Shown here: positions 1-8,171 of the stretch, piece after piece | Layout: every line of letters starts with the position of its first letter | Numbering within the stretch: position 1 is the first letter of the stretch | Virus record (IMG/VR): IMGVR_UViG_3300035660_000003 | Coordinates: 86,261 to 112,412 of that record | Strand: one strand, 5' to 3' | Length of the DNA stretch: 26,152 bases | Origin: a virus | Lineage: Duplodnaviria; Heunggongvirae; Uroviricota; Caudoviricetes | Translations under genes and position numbers: made by a program | Notes under the pieces: model-generated | Told to the model about the DNA's origin: nothing | The model's database searches: none | Seen by the model: the letters and a program-made list of their open reading frames with translations, nothing else

Positions 1-81
1 AACATCGCCTAATATCTTACTGTAATCACCAATATATCGTGCTTTAATTTTAGTTTTAGACGTATTGCTTGATATAATCAT
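1..81 (-). CDS. Possible 5' end of the next gene in the operon (partial, MIISSNTSKTKIKARYIGDYSKILGDV...)
   Basis: ATG at 81 preceded by AAGGTGGG. The frame stays open to the window edge and overlaps the end of the upstream GT gene. Too short to assign. Confidence 0.25.
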   Translation of the reverse strand, partial: MIISSNTSKTKIKARYIGDYSKILGDV

Positions 82-1282
82 CCCACCTTTTGATTATCTC
101 ATTCCAATTTGAATTTCTTTCATTCAAAATTTCATTCCAGACAACAATTGATTTTTGATTCCATTGAGCGTATTTAGAAAGTCCCTCACTTATGCATTGA
201 TGAAGCAAATTATTAGGATTGAAAACATTGTTCTCTTTTTCTTCAAGTATAGAAAATATATCTCTCATTTCTTTTATATTTTTGGGGTCAAATTTCCGTC
301 CCTCATTTTTCGAATTGATAACTTCTTTGAGTTGTTCTAGTAATTGTTTCGCTCTGCACTCATTACTATGTTTCTGCAATACGAGATTGAGTCCATTTCT
401 AATTATTCTTTTTCTTTCTTCGTCATTTTCCAGATAATATTTCCACTTATCCATAAAATTATACATGTTAATTTCAATCATGTTTTCATTTGGAACTATT
501 CCTAATGCTTTATAATCTAATGGTAAATCAGCTAAACATAATGACTCAGTTGCCATACTTTCCCAGTATTTCGTAACTGGAAATTTGAATAAACCCCCAT
601 CGAAAACCGTGATTTTAGATTTACAAAGAATACTAAGATACTCTGGATAAGAAAAGCGTCTTAGATTAGTTATTACTTTCAAAGAACCATTGTCGCACAC
701 CGATGTTCCCAAAAGTGATTCGTTAAAATCACTGTTAATTAACCATTTCCATATAGCTACCCTAATAGGATACACTATGTTACAACAGCCAGCAAGAAAC
801 ACATCAATTGTCCTTTCGAGATGTTGATTATAAAACATGTTTATCGGAACACTTCTGGGACAATAGCCAACAGTTCCACCGAATTCTTCTTTAGCTCTAA
901 TCCCAACCCCACCACCATACATTCTAAGAAACAAAACATCAAACTCTTTGTTTAGAAATCTATATTTTCTATTTTGCCATTCTCCATGAACGTCATTAAT
1001 AAATGTGATTTTTGGAATATCAGTCATGTGACCAATATCATTTATGTAAAGTCCATCGTTTACTATCACGTCTGGTTTTTCTTCTTTTACTATTACAGAA
1101 AAAGGACCTATTTTAGGGTTTTCTGGATAATATGGCATTTGAGATTCATCGTGGGTGGGTAGATTTGGAATGCCAACAAATACAATATTGTCTTTACCGA
1201 TTAAGTTTTCGAATGCTCGCCTAAACTCTGAATCTGGATAAACAAAAGGCATACTATTTCTAATTATCCATAGAACTTTCAA
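56..1282 (-). CDS. Glycosyltransferase, GT-B fold (CgeB/Glyco_trans_1_2-like), with ~85-aa C-terminal extension
   Basis: Motifs DVFLAG..YPIR, YLSILCKSKI, KYWESMATESLCLAD and YYLENDEERKRIIRNG...HSNECRAKQLL are typical of the CgeB-like family. TTG start overlaps the DegT stop (TTGA). Confidence 0.8.
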   Translation of the reverse strand: MKVLWIIRNSMPFVYPDSEFRRAFENLIGKDNIVFVGIPNLPTHDESQMPYYPENPKIGPFSVIVKEEKPDVIVNDGLYINDIGHMTDIPKITFINDVHGEWQNRKYRFLNKEFDVLFLRMYGGGVGIRAKEEFGGTVGYCPRSVPINMFYNQHLERTIDVFLAGCCNIVYPIRVAIWKWLINSDFNESLLGTSVCDNGSLKVITNLRRFSYPEYLSILCKSKITVFDGGLFKFPVTKYWESMATESLCLADLPLDYKALGIVPNENMIEINMYNFMDKWKYYLENDEERKRIIRNGLNLVLQKHSNECRAKQLLEQLKEVINSKNEGRKFDPKNIKEMRDIFSILEEKENNVFNPNNLLHQCISEGLSKYAQWNQKSIVVWNEILNERNSNWNEIIKRWDDYIKQYV

Positions 1283-2403
1283 ATTTTATCTCTTCCCAAT
1301 ACTTTGATTATTGTGTCAACGACCTCTTTTTGTTCTATTGTAGTCATCCCTTCAAATAACGGCAATGTTAATCCATATTGCCAAGCAAGTAATGAGTTTA
1401 AACATTGTTCGTGCTTCACGTTTATATATGGTGGTAAAATGTGAAGGCAGTTGGTTGGAATCTGAACTTCAATGTCTTTGCTTTTCAGATATTCTTTCAC
1501 TCTAAACTGGATTTCATCATCACGAACAAAGTGTTTATGATTGAAAAGTATGGTATATGATTGATAGGTATGAGTGGCGACTGGGGGAATATACGGAACG
1601 TTTACAATATCGTCTGGAATACTACTAAACAGTTCGCTATAAAATCCAGCCAACTTTACCCTTTCATTTATTATTGTGTTTATTTTCGAAAGACGAACTC
1701 TACCTATTGCAGATTGAACGTCACTAAGACGATAATTATATCCAACATATATATGTTGCCATTTATCATAACTTCGTCCGTGGTCTCTCAGAGAGCGAGC
1801 TAATTCATATATTTCATTGTTGTTCGTCACTAACATTCCACCTTCTCCAATGCCCAATAGTTTTCTAGGGTGAAAACTGAAACAAGACACATCGCCCCAC
1901 GTTCCAGCGAGTTTTCCATATCTTGAAGAACCTATTGCTGGAGCAGAATCTTCTAGCACATATAAACCATATTTCTCTGCTATCTCCATAATTGGTTTCC
2001 AATCAGCCGTTAAACCAAATTCACTTACTGGCATTATAACCTTTGTTTTGTTTGTAATGAATTTTTCTATGTGAGTCGGGTCTATCTGAAATTCTCTAAG
2101 ATGAATATCGCATATTATTGGAGTTGCTCTACAATGAAAGACCACATTAATGGTTGCTGGAAACGTAAAATCTGGAATAATTACTTCATCGCCGTTTTTT
2201 ACATGAAGTGACATAAGAGCAAGATGGAGAGCAGTAGTGCACGAACTTGTAGCCAATGCATATTTGACATCTAAATACTGAGCAAACTCTTTTTCAAACA
2301 TGGCGGTTTCTGGTCCTTGAGTTAACCAACCAGAATCGAAAACTCTTTTCACTGCATCGAGTTCTTCTTTTCCGAGTTTAGGACGAATAAGTGGAATTCT
2401 CAT
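1279..2403 (-). CDS. DegT/DnrJ/EryC1/StrS-family PLP-dependent sugar aminotransferase
   Basis: SGWLTQGP..FE.EFA, SSCTTALHLAL, GDEVIIPDFTFPAT, EDSAPA, SFHPRK (PLP Lys), GEGGM, GYNYRLSD. SD GAGGT. Confidence 0.95.
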   Translation of the reverse strand: MRIPLIRPKLGKEELDAVKRVFDSGWLTQGPETAMFEKEFAQYLDVKYALATSSCTTALHLALMSLHVKNGDEVIIPDFTFPATINVVFHCRATPIICDIHLREFQIDPTHIEKFITNKTKVIMPVSEFGLTADWKPIMEIAEKYGLYVLEDSAPAIGSSRYGKLAGTWGDVSCFSFHPRKLLGIGEGGMLVTNNNEIYELARSLRDHGRSYDKWQHIYVGYNYRLSDVQSAIGRVRLSKINTIINERVKLAGFYSELFSSIPDDIVNVPYIPPVATHTYQSYTILFNHKHFVRDDEIQFRVKEYLKSKDIEVQIPTNCLHILPPYINVKHEQCLNSLLAWQYGLTLPLFEGMTTIEQKEVVDTIIKVLGRDKI

Positions 2404-2405
2404 TT

Positions 2406-3284
2406 TTATGAACCTCTAATTTCTATTTCTCTCAACATGTCTTTTATTCCTTCTGTCAGAGTCCATTTTGGACTGTAACCTAAAAGTCTAATTGCTTTTC
2501 CAATATCATACCAGAATATTGGCGGGTCCCAAGGTCTAGCAGGTTTGATGATTGGTTCTAATTTTCTATTAAGTAAAATTGAACAAATATCATAGATTTG
2601 ACGTATGGGCATAGGATTCCCAGTTCCTATATTGTAAGATTCGTTTGTATATGATGTATTCAATGCTAGAATGTTTGCTTGCACAATATCTTTAACATAA
2701 ACCTGTTCAACTTGTTGTTTACCACCATAAAGAATAACGGGTTTATTCTGAGAAAGAAGATTAATAAAACATGATACTGCTCCCTTAGCTCCTCTTCCAT
2801 AGACATATCCATAACGAAGATTAATAAAAGGCAAATCATTTTTATGCATTTTAAGAATTTGTTCTGCCACCACTTTAGAAAATCCGTAATATGTATTAGG
2901 TTGCATAGAACAAGATTCGTCAATGGGCGGATGAATATCAGAAATTCCAAAATAAACTGCACCTGACGAAGCCGCAACTATGCGTTCAGCCTTCTTTTCT
3001 AATGCACATTGAACAACATTTATTAATCCTTCAACATTAACACGGAAAATTATTCTTGGGTCAGCCTCAACAATAGGAACGGCACATAAATGAAGGATTT
3101 TATCTCCCTCATTTATATATTTTTTCAAATCTGACGACAAAATATCACAAATAGTAATTTCTATTTCTGGAAATAATGAAGATGCACGAATATCCAATGG
3201 TAAAACTTCATATCCTAATTTTCTTAATTCTAATATTGTATGTCCAGCAATGAAGCCACCGCCGCCAGTAACAATTATTTTCAT
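2406..3284 (-). CDS. NAD-dependent NDP-sugar epimerase/dehydratase (extended SDR)
   Basis: TGGGGFIAG Rossmann motif, ASSGAVY, catalytic YGFSK (YxxxK), RYGYVYG, VYVKD, YNIGTG. SD GAGGAG. Confidence 0.93.
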   Translation of the reverse strand: MKIIVTGGGGFIAGHTILELRKLGYEVLPLDIRASSLFPEIEITICDILSSDLKKYINEGDKILHLCAVPIVEADPRIIFRVNVEGLINVVQCALEKKAERIVAASSGAVYFGISDIHPPIDESCSMQPNTYYGFSKVVAEQILKMHKNDLPFINLRYGYVYGRGAKGAVSCFINLLSQNKPVILYGGKQQVEQVYVKDIVQANILALNTSYTNESYNIGTGNPMPIRQIYDICSILLNRKLEPIIKPARPWDPPIFWYDIGKAIRLLGYSPKWTLTEGIKDMLREIEIRGS

Positions 3285-4613
3285 TTAGACATCTCCTCGG
3301 AGTTCAATATTCTGGTTTTCATCCCAGTTGTTAGTATTTACCCACGGTGGTTTGAATTTACTTATGCAAGCCAATTGTTTTCCGCTTCTTGACCTTGCCA
3401 TTGCATCAACATAACGAACTTCAATGTCTATTCTGTCGGAGAAATGTTTAACCAACCTAGTGAAATCTGGAACATGGTTAATATCCCATGCCTTGACCAA
3501 GAGCATTGCTTTACCTTGTTCGTCTTGTTGAACTTGATGTGCTTCGATAAGCATTAGAAAATCTTTTATATCGTAATACATGGACTCGTTGAGTTCTGTC
3601 ATGTTGAGCCAACCATTTTGTTTAGTCCATAGATATTGAAGGGTGCGACCAACTATATTTTCCAGTAATAATAATCCTCTACCACACGAACATTGATGCT
3701 CGGAGTATTTGCCAACATCTCCATTTTCATAACGAACTAAAGGCATGGCATAATTTAACAAGTCTGTCCATATGAAACGTCCGTCTTTCATGGGTTGAAG
3801 AATGTAACGTTCCATAGTCAAATGGATACCTTCGTGTTTATAGCATTCCCCACCCATTGCACCTAAATCTTGTGAACCATAGTAATTGAATACTGGAACT
3901 TCGAATGCTTCATTTGTCAATTTGCGTATATCTTCAGATAATGGTTCACAGTTGTTTATAAAACACTTTAAAGTTGGAATTTTAATGTTATATTTCAAAG
4001 CATAGAAAGATAAACTTCTCATTGCCGAAGCATATGCACGTATCGAGTAGGGAGCAAATTCTTGTATTACACGAAGATAGTTCACAATCGTTTGCTCATT
4101 CACCATCTGTTCTATTGGACAGAACAACAACTCAATCTTTCCATAGGGATTTTTGCCAATGCTTCTGAACGGTTCAACTGGATGTGAACCACCATGACCC
4201 AGTTCTCCAGCACCCCAAACAACTGCTTGTCTTGTCCACGTCAAGTGTGGCTCAGTAACCCAAGACCATATTCTCAAATCAGTATTAGTAATTGGAGTCA
4301 TGTCTGAAGGTTTCTGAACATTGACTACTTCAGAAGTTCCACCAGTCCATATCTTGTAACTTGGAATCTGTTTAGCCCACAATATATCATAGTTATCGTG
4401 AATTTGTTTCTTTGTTAGAATAGGTATTTTCTTCAAATCATCGAGACTGGATACTGAGTCTGGTAGATAACTATAGAATGGACATGAATTCTTCGCATAT
4501 TTTATTAGTTCGTTGAGACCTTCTAATTGCAGAGTTTCAATCTCTTCTTTAGTCCACCATTGAGATTTATTAAGAAAATCGTAAGACAGTTTTTCTCGAT
4601 AATGACTTATCAT
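3285..4613 (-). CDS. Adenylate-forming ligase, phenylacetate-CoA ligase/CapK-like family
   Basis: LKKIPILTK, TGGTS (A3), YYGSQD (A5), TDLLNYAMPLVRYENGD (A7), CSCGR, VGR (A8), SGK (A10 Lys). ATGA overlap with the upstream gene; SD GGTGG. Confidence 0.9.
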   Translation of the reverse strand: MISHYREKLSYDFLNKSQWWTKEEIETLQLEGLNELIKYAKNSCPFYSYLPDSVSSLDDLKKIPILTKKQIHDNYDILWAKQIPSYKIWTGGTSEVVNVQKPSDMTPITNTDLRIWSWVTEPHLTWTRQAVVWGAGELGHGGSHPVEPFRSIGKNPYGKIELLFCPIEQMVNEQTIVNYLRVIQEFAPYSIRAYASAMRSLSFYALKYNIKIPTLKCFINNCEPLSEDIRKLTNEAFEVPVFNYYGSQDLGAMGGECYKHEGIHLTMERYILQPMKDGRFIWTDLLNYAMPLVRYENGDVGKYSEHQCSCGRGLLLLENIVGRTLQYLWTKQNGWLNMTELNESMYYDIKDFLMLIEAHQVQQDEQGKAMLLVKAWDINHVPDFTRLVKHFSDRIDIEVRYVDAMARSRSGKQLACISKFKPPWVNTNNWDENQNIELRGDV

Positions 4614-6556
4614 ATTTCCACCATGAATACTTGTTCATATTCTTTTACCATATGTTTCCATGCCCACCTATCTAAAACTTTCTCCAAATTTTGTTTACCA
4701 ACCCACTTTCTCATACTAGGATTATCCTTTAAATACTGAAGTTTCTCGTTAATCTGTTTCACCATTTCATCTTCTGATTCAATCGGAACTAACCATTCCT
4801 TATCTAAGAATTCTGGAACTCCACCCACACTTGTAGAAACAATTGGTAATCCACAAGCGGCGGCTTCCAAAACTGGTTGAGGCATCCCCTCATATTTGCT
4901 AACGTTTACGAGACAGTCTATTGATTCATAAAACTCGACCATTTCATCCCGTGTTCTGCCCTTCACAAAAAACTTCGGTTCATGTCTATTAATTATTTTT
5001 ACTGGAAACGCCAACCTATTAAGAATATAAAAACGTTTCGCTGGAGATTTAGAGTTTCCAACCCATCCAACAACAAATCTATCTTTTGATTCTTTTTTAG
5101 TTGGTTTAAATATTTCATCGTCAACTCCATTATGACATAAGAAAAGATTATCGGCATTACGTGATTTAAAATAGTCAAAACTTTCTTTTGTAACGCAAAG
5201 TGTTTTCCAACCGTTTATCGGTGAATCAATGCGACCCCAATATACTTGTCCACCCCTTATTCCAACACATTTATTTTTCACTTTATTTATCTCTGCCTTA
5301 ACTTCTTTGGAACAAGCATCATAACAACTGTAATTCATACTAAATATGACATCAGAATTTTTCACGTCTTCTATGGTAATATCACACCATTTCTTTATTA
5401 TACAGTCATGCCTACCATATTTTTGTATGCCTCTAGCCGCAAAATCGAATGCCCATCCATATTCATCAATTATGATTAAAATCTTGAACTTGTCTCTTCT
5501 TCTTTCTCTTCCCCTAGTTATTGCCAAATTATTGAGTTTTTGTCTCTCATTATCAGAAATTCCACAAGTTAAACTCATTTGTCCAGAATGTAAACGTCTA
5601 TGGAAAATGATTTTTGGAATGATTGGCAATTCATAGTTTTCAAGAACTCTTATTTTAAAATCTAAGTCGTCACCAAATTCATATTCTGGATTTCTGTATC
5701 CTATTCTCTCATAAGCAGTTTTTCTGATTAGTATGGTGGACTGGCATAAACAAGAATCTTCGTCAAAATTTCCATCGAAAATCTTCTTTTTATCTAACTT
5801 CTTATAACAATGTTCTACCCGCCAATTCGGGTCTTTAGAAAGACCACTTCTTGGAAAATTAGGGTCGTTAAATTCGTCATACCATCCACAAACCGCATAG
5901 AACCTGCTCTTATCGAGAAAGTTTACTAGATTTTCTATAGCATCAAGTTCTAAATAGTCATCTGAATCTAAATGAATAATAAAATCTCCAGAACTATTTC
6001 TTATTCCAATATTGATTGCGGATGGAAGATTCACGTTTGGAATAGCAATTAATTTTATTCGTTTGGGATATTTCTTTCTATACTCTTCAATTATTTCTGT
6101 ATCGTTACCTATGCTTCCATTGTCAACTATTACATGTGAAACATTTCTGTATGTCTGGTCTAAAACAGATTCGATACACTCTCTAAGGAATGGGTTTCCA
6201 TCTCTGTTCACAGTTATAACAGAAACCTTCGGAAGAGATTTATCAATCATGTGTCTCGTTTCATCTATTTTTTCCTCTTTCAGTCGCCTTATGATTTTTT
6301 GTTTCTCGGTTTCTTCAGCTATTTTTTTCCGTCGTAGTTCCTCTTCCCGAACTTTCAGTTTTTCTTCTTCTTCCTTTTCTCGTTTACGTCTTTCGTTTAT
6401 TTCCTTTTCTTCTTGTTTACCTTTTTCGTAACATCGAATACAGTAACCGCTATAATCGCTATCTTCGACAAAGCACATTGTATATCTTCCGCATCTTTTA
6501 CAGATTGACATTTCAGAATTCCCCATCAATTTCATTTTCAAACATCCAGTCCGCAT
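4610..6556 (-). CDS. Bifunctional GT2 + GT4 glycosyltransferase with N-terminal Zn-ribbon and coiled coil
   Basis: GT2: PKVSVI, ESVLDQTY, HLDSDD (DxD), GDDLDF. GT4: VGWVG, SKYEGMPQPVLEAAACGLPIVSTSVGG (EX7E). N-terminus has CKRC..CIRC plus an E/K/R-rich helix. Start uncertain (6556, 6535 or 6511). Confidence 0.9.
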   Translation of the reverse strand: MRTGCLKMKLMGNSEMSICKRCGRYTMCFVEDSDYSGYCIRCYEKGKQEEKEINERRKREKEEEEKLKVREEELRRKKIAEETEKQKIIRRLKEEKIDETRHMIDKSLPKVSVITVNRDGNPFLRECIESVLDQTYRNVSHVIVDNGSIGNDTEIIEEYRKKYPKRIKLIAIPNVNLPSAINIGIRNSSGDFIIHLDSDDYLELDAIENLVNFLDKSRFYAVCGWYDEFNDPNFPRSGLSKDPNWRVEHCYKKLDKKKIFDGNFDEDSCLCQSTILIRKTAYERIGYRNPEYEFGDDLDFKIRVLENYELPIIPKIIFHRRLHSGQMSLTCGISDNERQKLNNLAITRGRERRRDKFKILIIIDEYGWAFDFAARGIQKYGRHDCIIKKWCDITIEDVKNSDVIFSMNYSCYDACSKEVKAEINKVKNKCVGIRGGQVYWGRIDSPINGWKTLCVTKESFDYFKSRNADNLFLCHNGVDDEIFKPTKKESKDRFVVGWVGNSKSPAKRFYILNRLAFPVKIINRHEPKFFVKGRTRDEMVEFYESIDCLVNVSKYEGMPQPVLEAAACGLPIVSTSVGGVPEFLDKEWLVPIESEDEMVKQINEKLQYLKDNPSMRKWVGKQNLEKVLDRWAWKHMVKEYEQVFMVEI

Positions 6557-6582
6557 TCCTTTACTTTATATTCCAGTTCCAC

Positions 6583-6598
6583 TATTTAAGGTTTTCGG
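6583..6598 (-). promoter_or_regulatory. Archaeal BRE-TATA promoter of the sugar operon (CCGAAA-AC-CTTAAATA)
   Basis: Matches the cRNAANt + YTTAWATA consensus. Predicted TSS ~6560, just before ATG 6556. Near-identical to the 16304-16319 promoter. Confidence 0.7.
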
Positions 6599-6647
6599 CA
6601 AATTGCTTTTGTCAACTTTTATTCTCTATCGCTAATAAAATATTAAT

Positions 6648-7628
6648 TTATCCGTTTTTCGTCCTCTTGACAATCTGGAAAAGTTTATTAATCAATTGAG
6701 TTGTGTCCATTATTCGCAAAACATTTTCCTTCCCATTTTTTGCCATTCTCAGCCAGAAATCTTCATCATTAAATAACCGTTCAATTAATTTCTTCTGTTT
6801 GTCATAGTCTCGATGTTTGGTATATAATTCTGGAAAGAATAATTTAACCGAAGGTGATGAACCAATACATGGAACATGAGCTAAAGCACATTCCATACCA
6901 AATCTCGACCATGCTTTATAGTTTTCATTATCATCGATGGCAATATAACATTTACGTAATAGAAACATGAATCCCTGTTGTGGCATCCGTCCCTGATGGG
7001 GCGTTGAATTAAAAATCTTGAAGGTGTGTGGTAGATTCTCTGGAAGTTTAATGGATGCGGATTTAACACTATGTTTGAGTAATGCAATGTTCCTCATTTT
7101 AGTTTTTAATTCTGCTTTACTGGGAAAGATTTGTAAATATTCCTTATATCTAACAAGTTGAGGCAAAAGCAAATGATATATTGATTTAGAACTTCTTTTC
7201 CTGATATATTGTTCCAAAAGTGGATTGTATTCAATATTCCATGCATCAATCACTTCTAATAAGCCACATTCATCAAGAAATTTTTCAGGTGACTTTCCCT
7301 TAGCCTCTGATGGTAAATCATTCCATGTATAGTGATTTGGAATAAAAAGCCACATGAAATCCATATCTTCTTGATATATTATTTTGGCATTTGGGGCGAT
7401 TTTACGTATTACAAATGGAAGTTTATACCATTTCCAACTAATATCGTGACCTACACATCTGACAAAGATTACATCGGCGTTCTTTATAAGTTCGTTTTCT
7501 GGGAAGACGGACGAATCAATAGTGACGAAATTAATCTTAAACTCTGAAGTGATATAATTCCTTAAAGCAATCTCCCATTGAAAGAAATTTTCCTGCGGAA
7601 GATTCATAACAAAACAAAGATTAATCAA
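6648..7628 (-). CDS. Glycosyltransferase, GT-B/GT4-like
   Basis: C-terminal donor-binding motif WSRFGMECALAHVPCIGS..LFPEL. Likely start is TTG at 7628 (MINLCFV, a typical GT first strand), with SD GAGGG and a TTGA overlap with the HNH stop. Confidence 0.7.
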   Translation of the reverse strand: MINLCFVMNLPQENFFQWEIALRNYITSEFKINFVTIDSSVFPENELIKNADVIFVRCVGHDISWKWYKLPFVIRKIAPNAKIIYQEDMDFMWLFIPNHYTWNDLPSEAKGKSPEKFLDECGLLEVIDAWNIEYNPLLEQYIRKRSSKSIYHLLLPQLVRYKEYLQIFPSKAELKTKMRNIALLKHSVKSASIKLPENLPHTFKIFNSTPHQGRMPQQGFMFLLRKCYIAIDDNENYKAWSRFGMECALAHVPCIGSSPSVKLFFPELYTKHRDYDKQKKLIERLFNDEDFWLRMAKNGKENVLRIMDTTQLINKLFQIVKRTKNG

Positions 7629-8119
7629 TGAAGAGTTCCCTCTTTCCTTTTTTGGTGTGGACAATATCCATAATGACCAATGGAACAATTGCAATTATAA
7701 CAGAGAACACGAAACCCTTCTGGAAAATCATTGGTTGAAAGCCATTGATACAAATTGCCATCTTTCCGCAATTTTGCATGTTTGTTTCCACCACCTTTTA
7801 TATGGTCTATTGTCAAAAATTCGATATGTGATTCATTACAGTTTGGACATGAGCATTTGGGTGGATTGCCACCATAATGAACTAGACATCGTAAACGAAG
7901 TTTTTGTCGAAAATGTTTTTGATAAACTTTAAATTTTTCTCGATTTCTTTCTTGATATTCTTTTCTTTGTTCAATAAGTCTTTCTTTGTTTTCTTTCCAA
8001 TATTTTTTGCTATATTCAGATACTTGTTGTTTGTGTCTAAAAATATATTCTTTGTGTTTTCTCAATATTTCCTCTTTGTTCTTTTCATACCAAAGATGAT
8101 TTCGTTCTTTTTTGTCCAA
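7625..8119 (-). CDS. Free-standing HNH (His-Me finger) endonuclease, paralog 1, with four 15-aa repeats
   Basis: HYGGNPPKCSCPNC..FLTIDHIKGGG..FRVLCYNCN..CPH. TTG start with SD GGTGGAG. Confidence 0.85.
   Translation of the reverse strand: MDKKERNHLWYEKNKEEILRKHKEYIFRHKQQVSEYSKKYWKENKERLIEQRKEYQERNREKFKVYQKHFRQKLRLRCLVHYGGNPPKCSCPNCNESHIEFLTIDHIKGGGNKHAKLRKDGNLYQWLSTNDFPEGFRVLCYNCNCSIGHYGYCPHQKRKEGTLH
7778..7813. repeat. 36-nt exact repeat, copy 1 (ATGTTTGTTTCCACCACCTTTTATATGGTCTATTGT)
   Basis: Identical to 15889-15924. Encodes TIDHIKGGGNKH in both HNH genes. Confidence 0.95.
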
Positions 8120-8155
8120 CTTGATTTCTCCACCATAACTAATATCGAGTTCTAC

Positions 8156-8171
8156 TATTTAAAACTTTTGT
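8156..8171 (-). promoter_or_regulatory. BRE-TATA promoter of HNH paralog 1 (ACAAAA-GT-TTTAAATA), overlapping the lon stop codon
   Basis: Consensus match. Predicted TSS ~8133, immediately 5' of the SD. Confidence 0.7.

Noticed and set aside
6688-6699. Partial copy (TTAATCAATTGA) of the mcm-upstream palindrome inside a GT gene
   Set aside because: It is AT-rich and in coding context (QLIN), so it is plausibly chance.
56-7628. Sugar operon as a DNA hypermodification system
   Set aside because: No hydroxymethylase, TET/JBP or other base-activating gene is in the window, and strong restriction-site avoidance argues against protected DNA. It is not excluded, given DUF5664 at the window edge.
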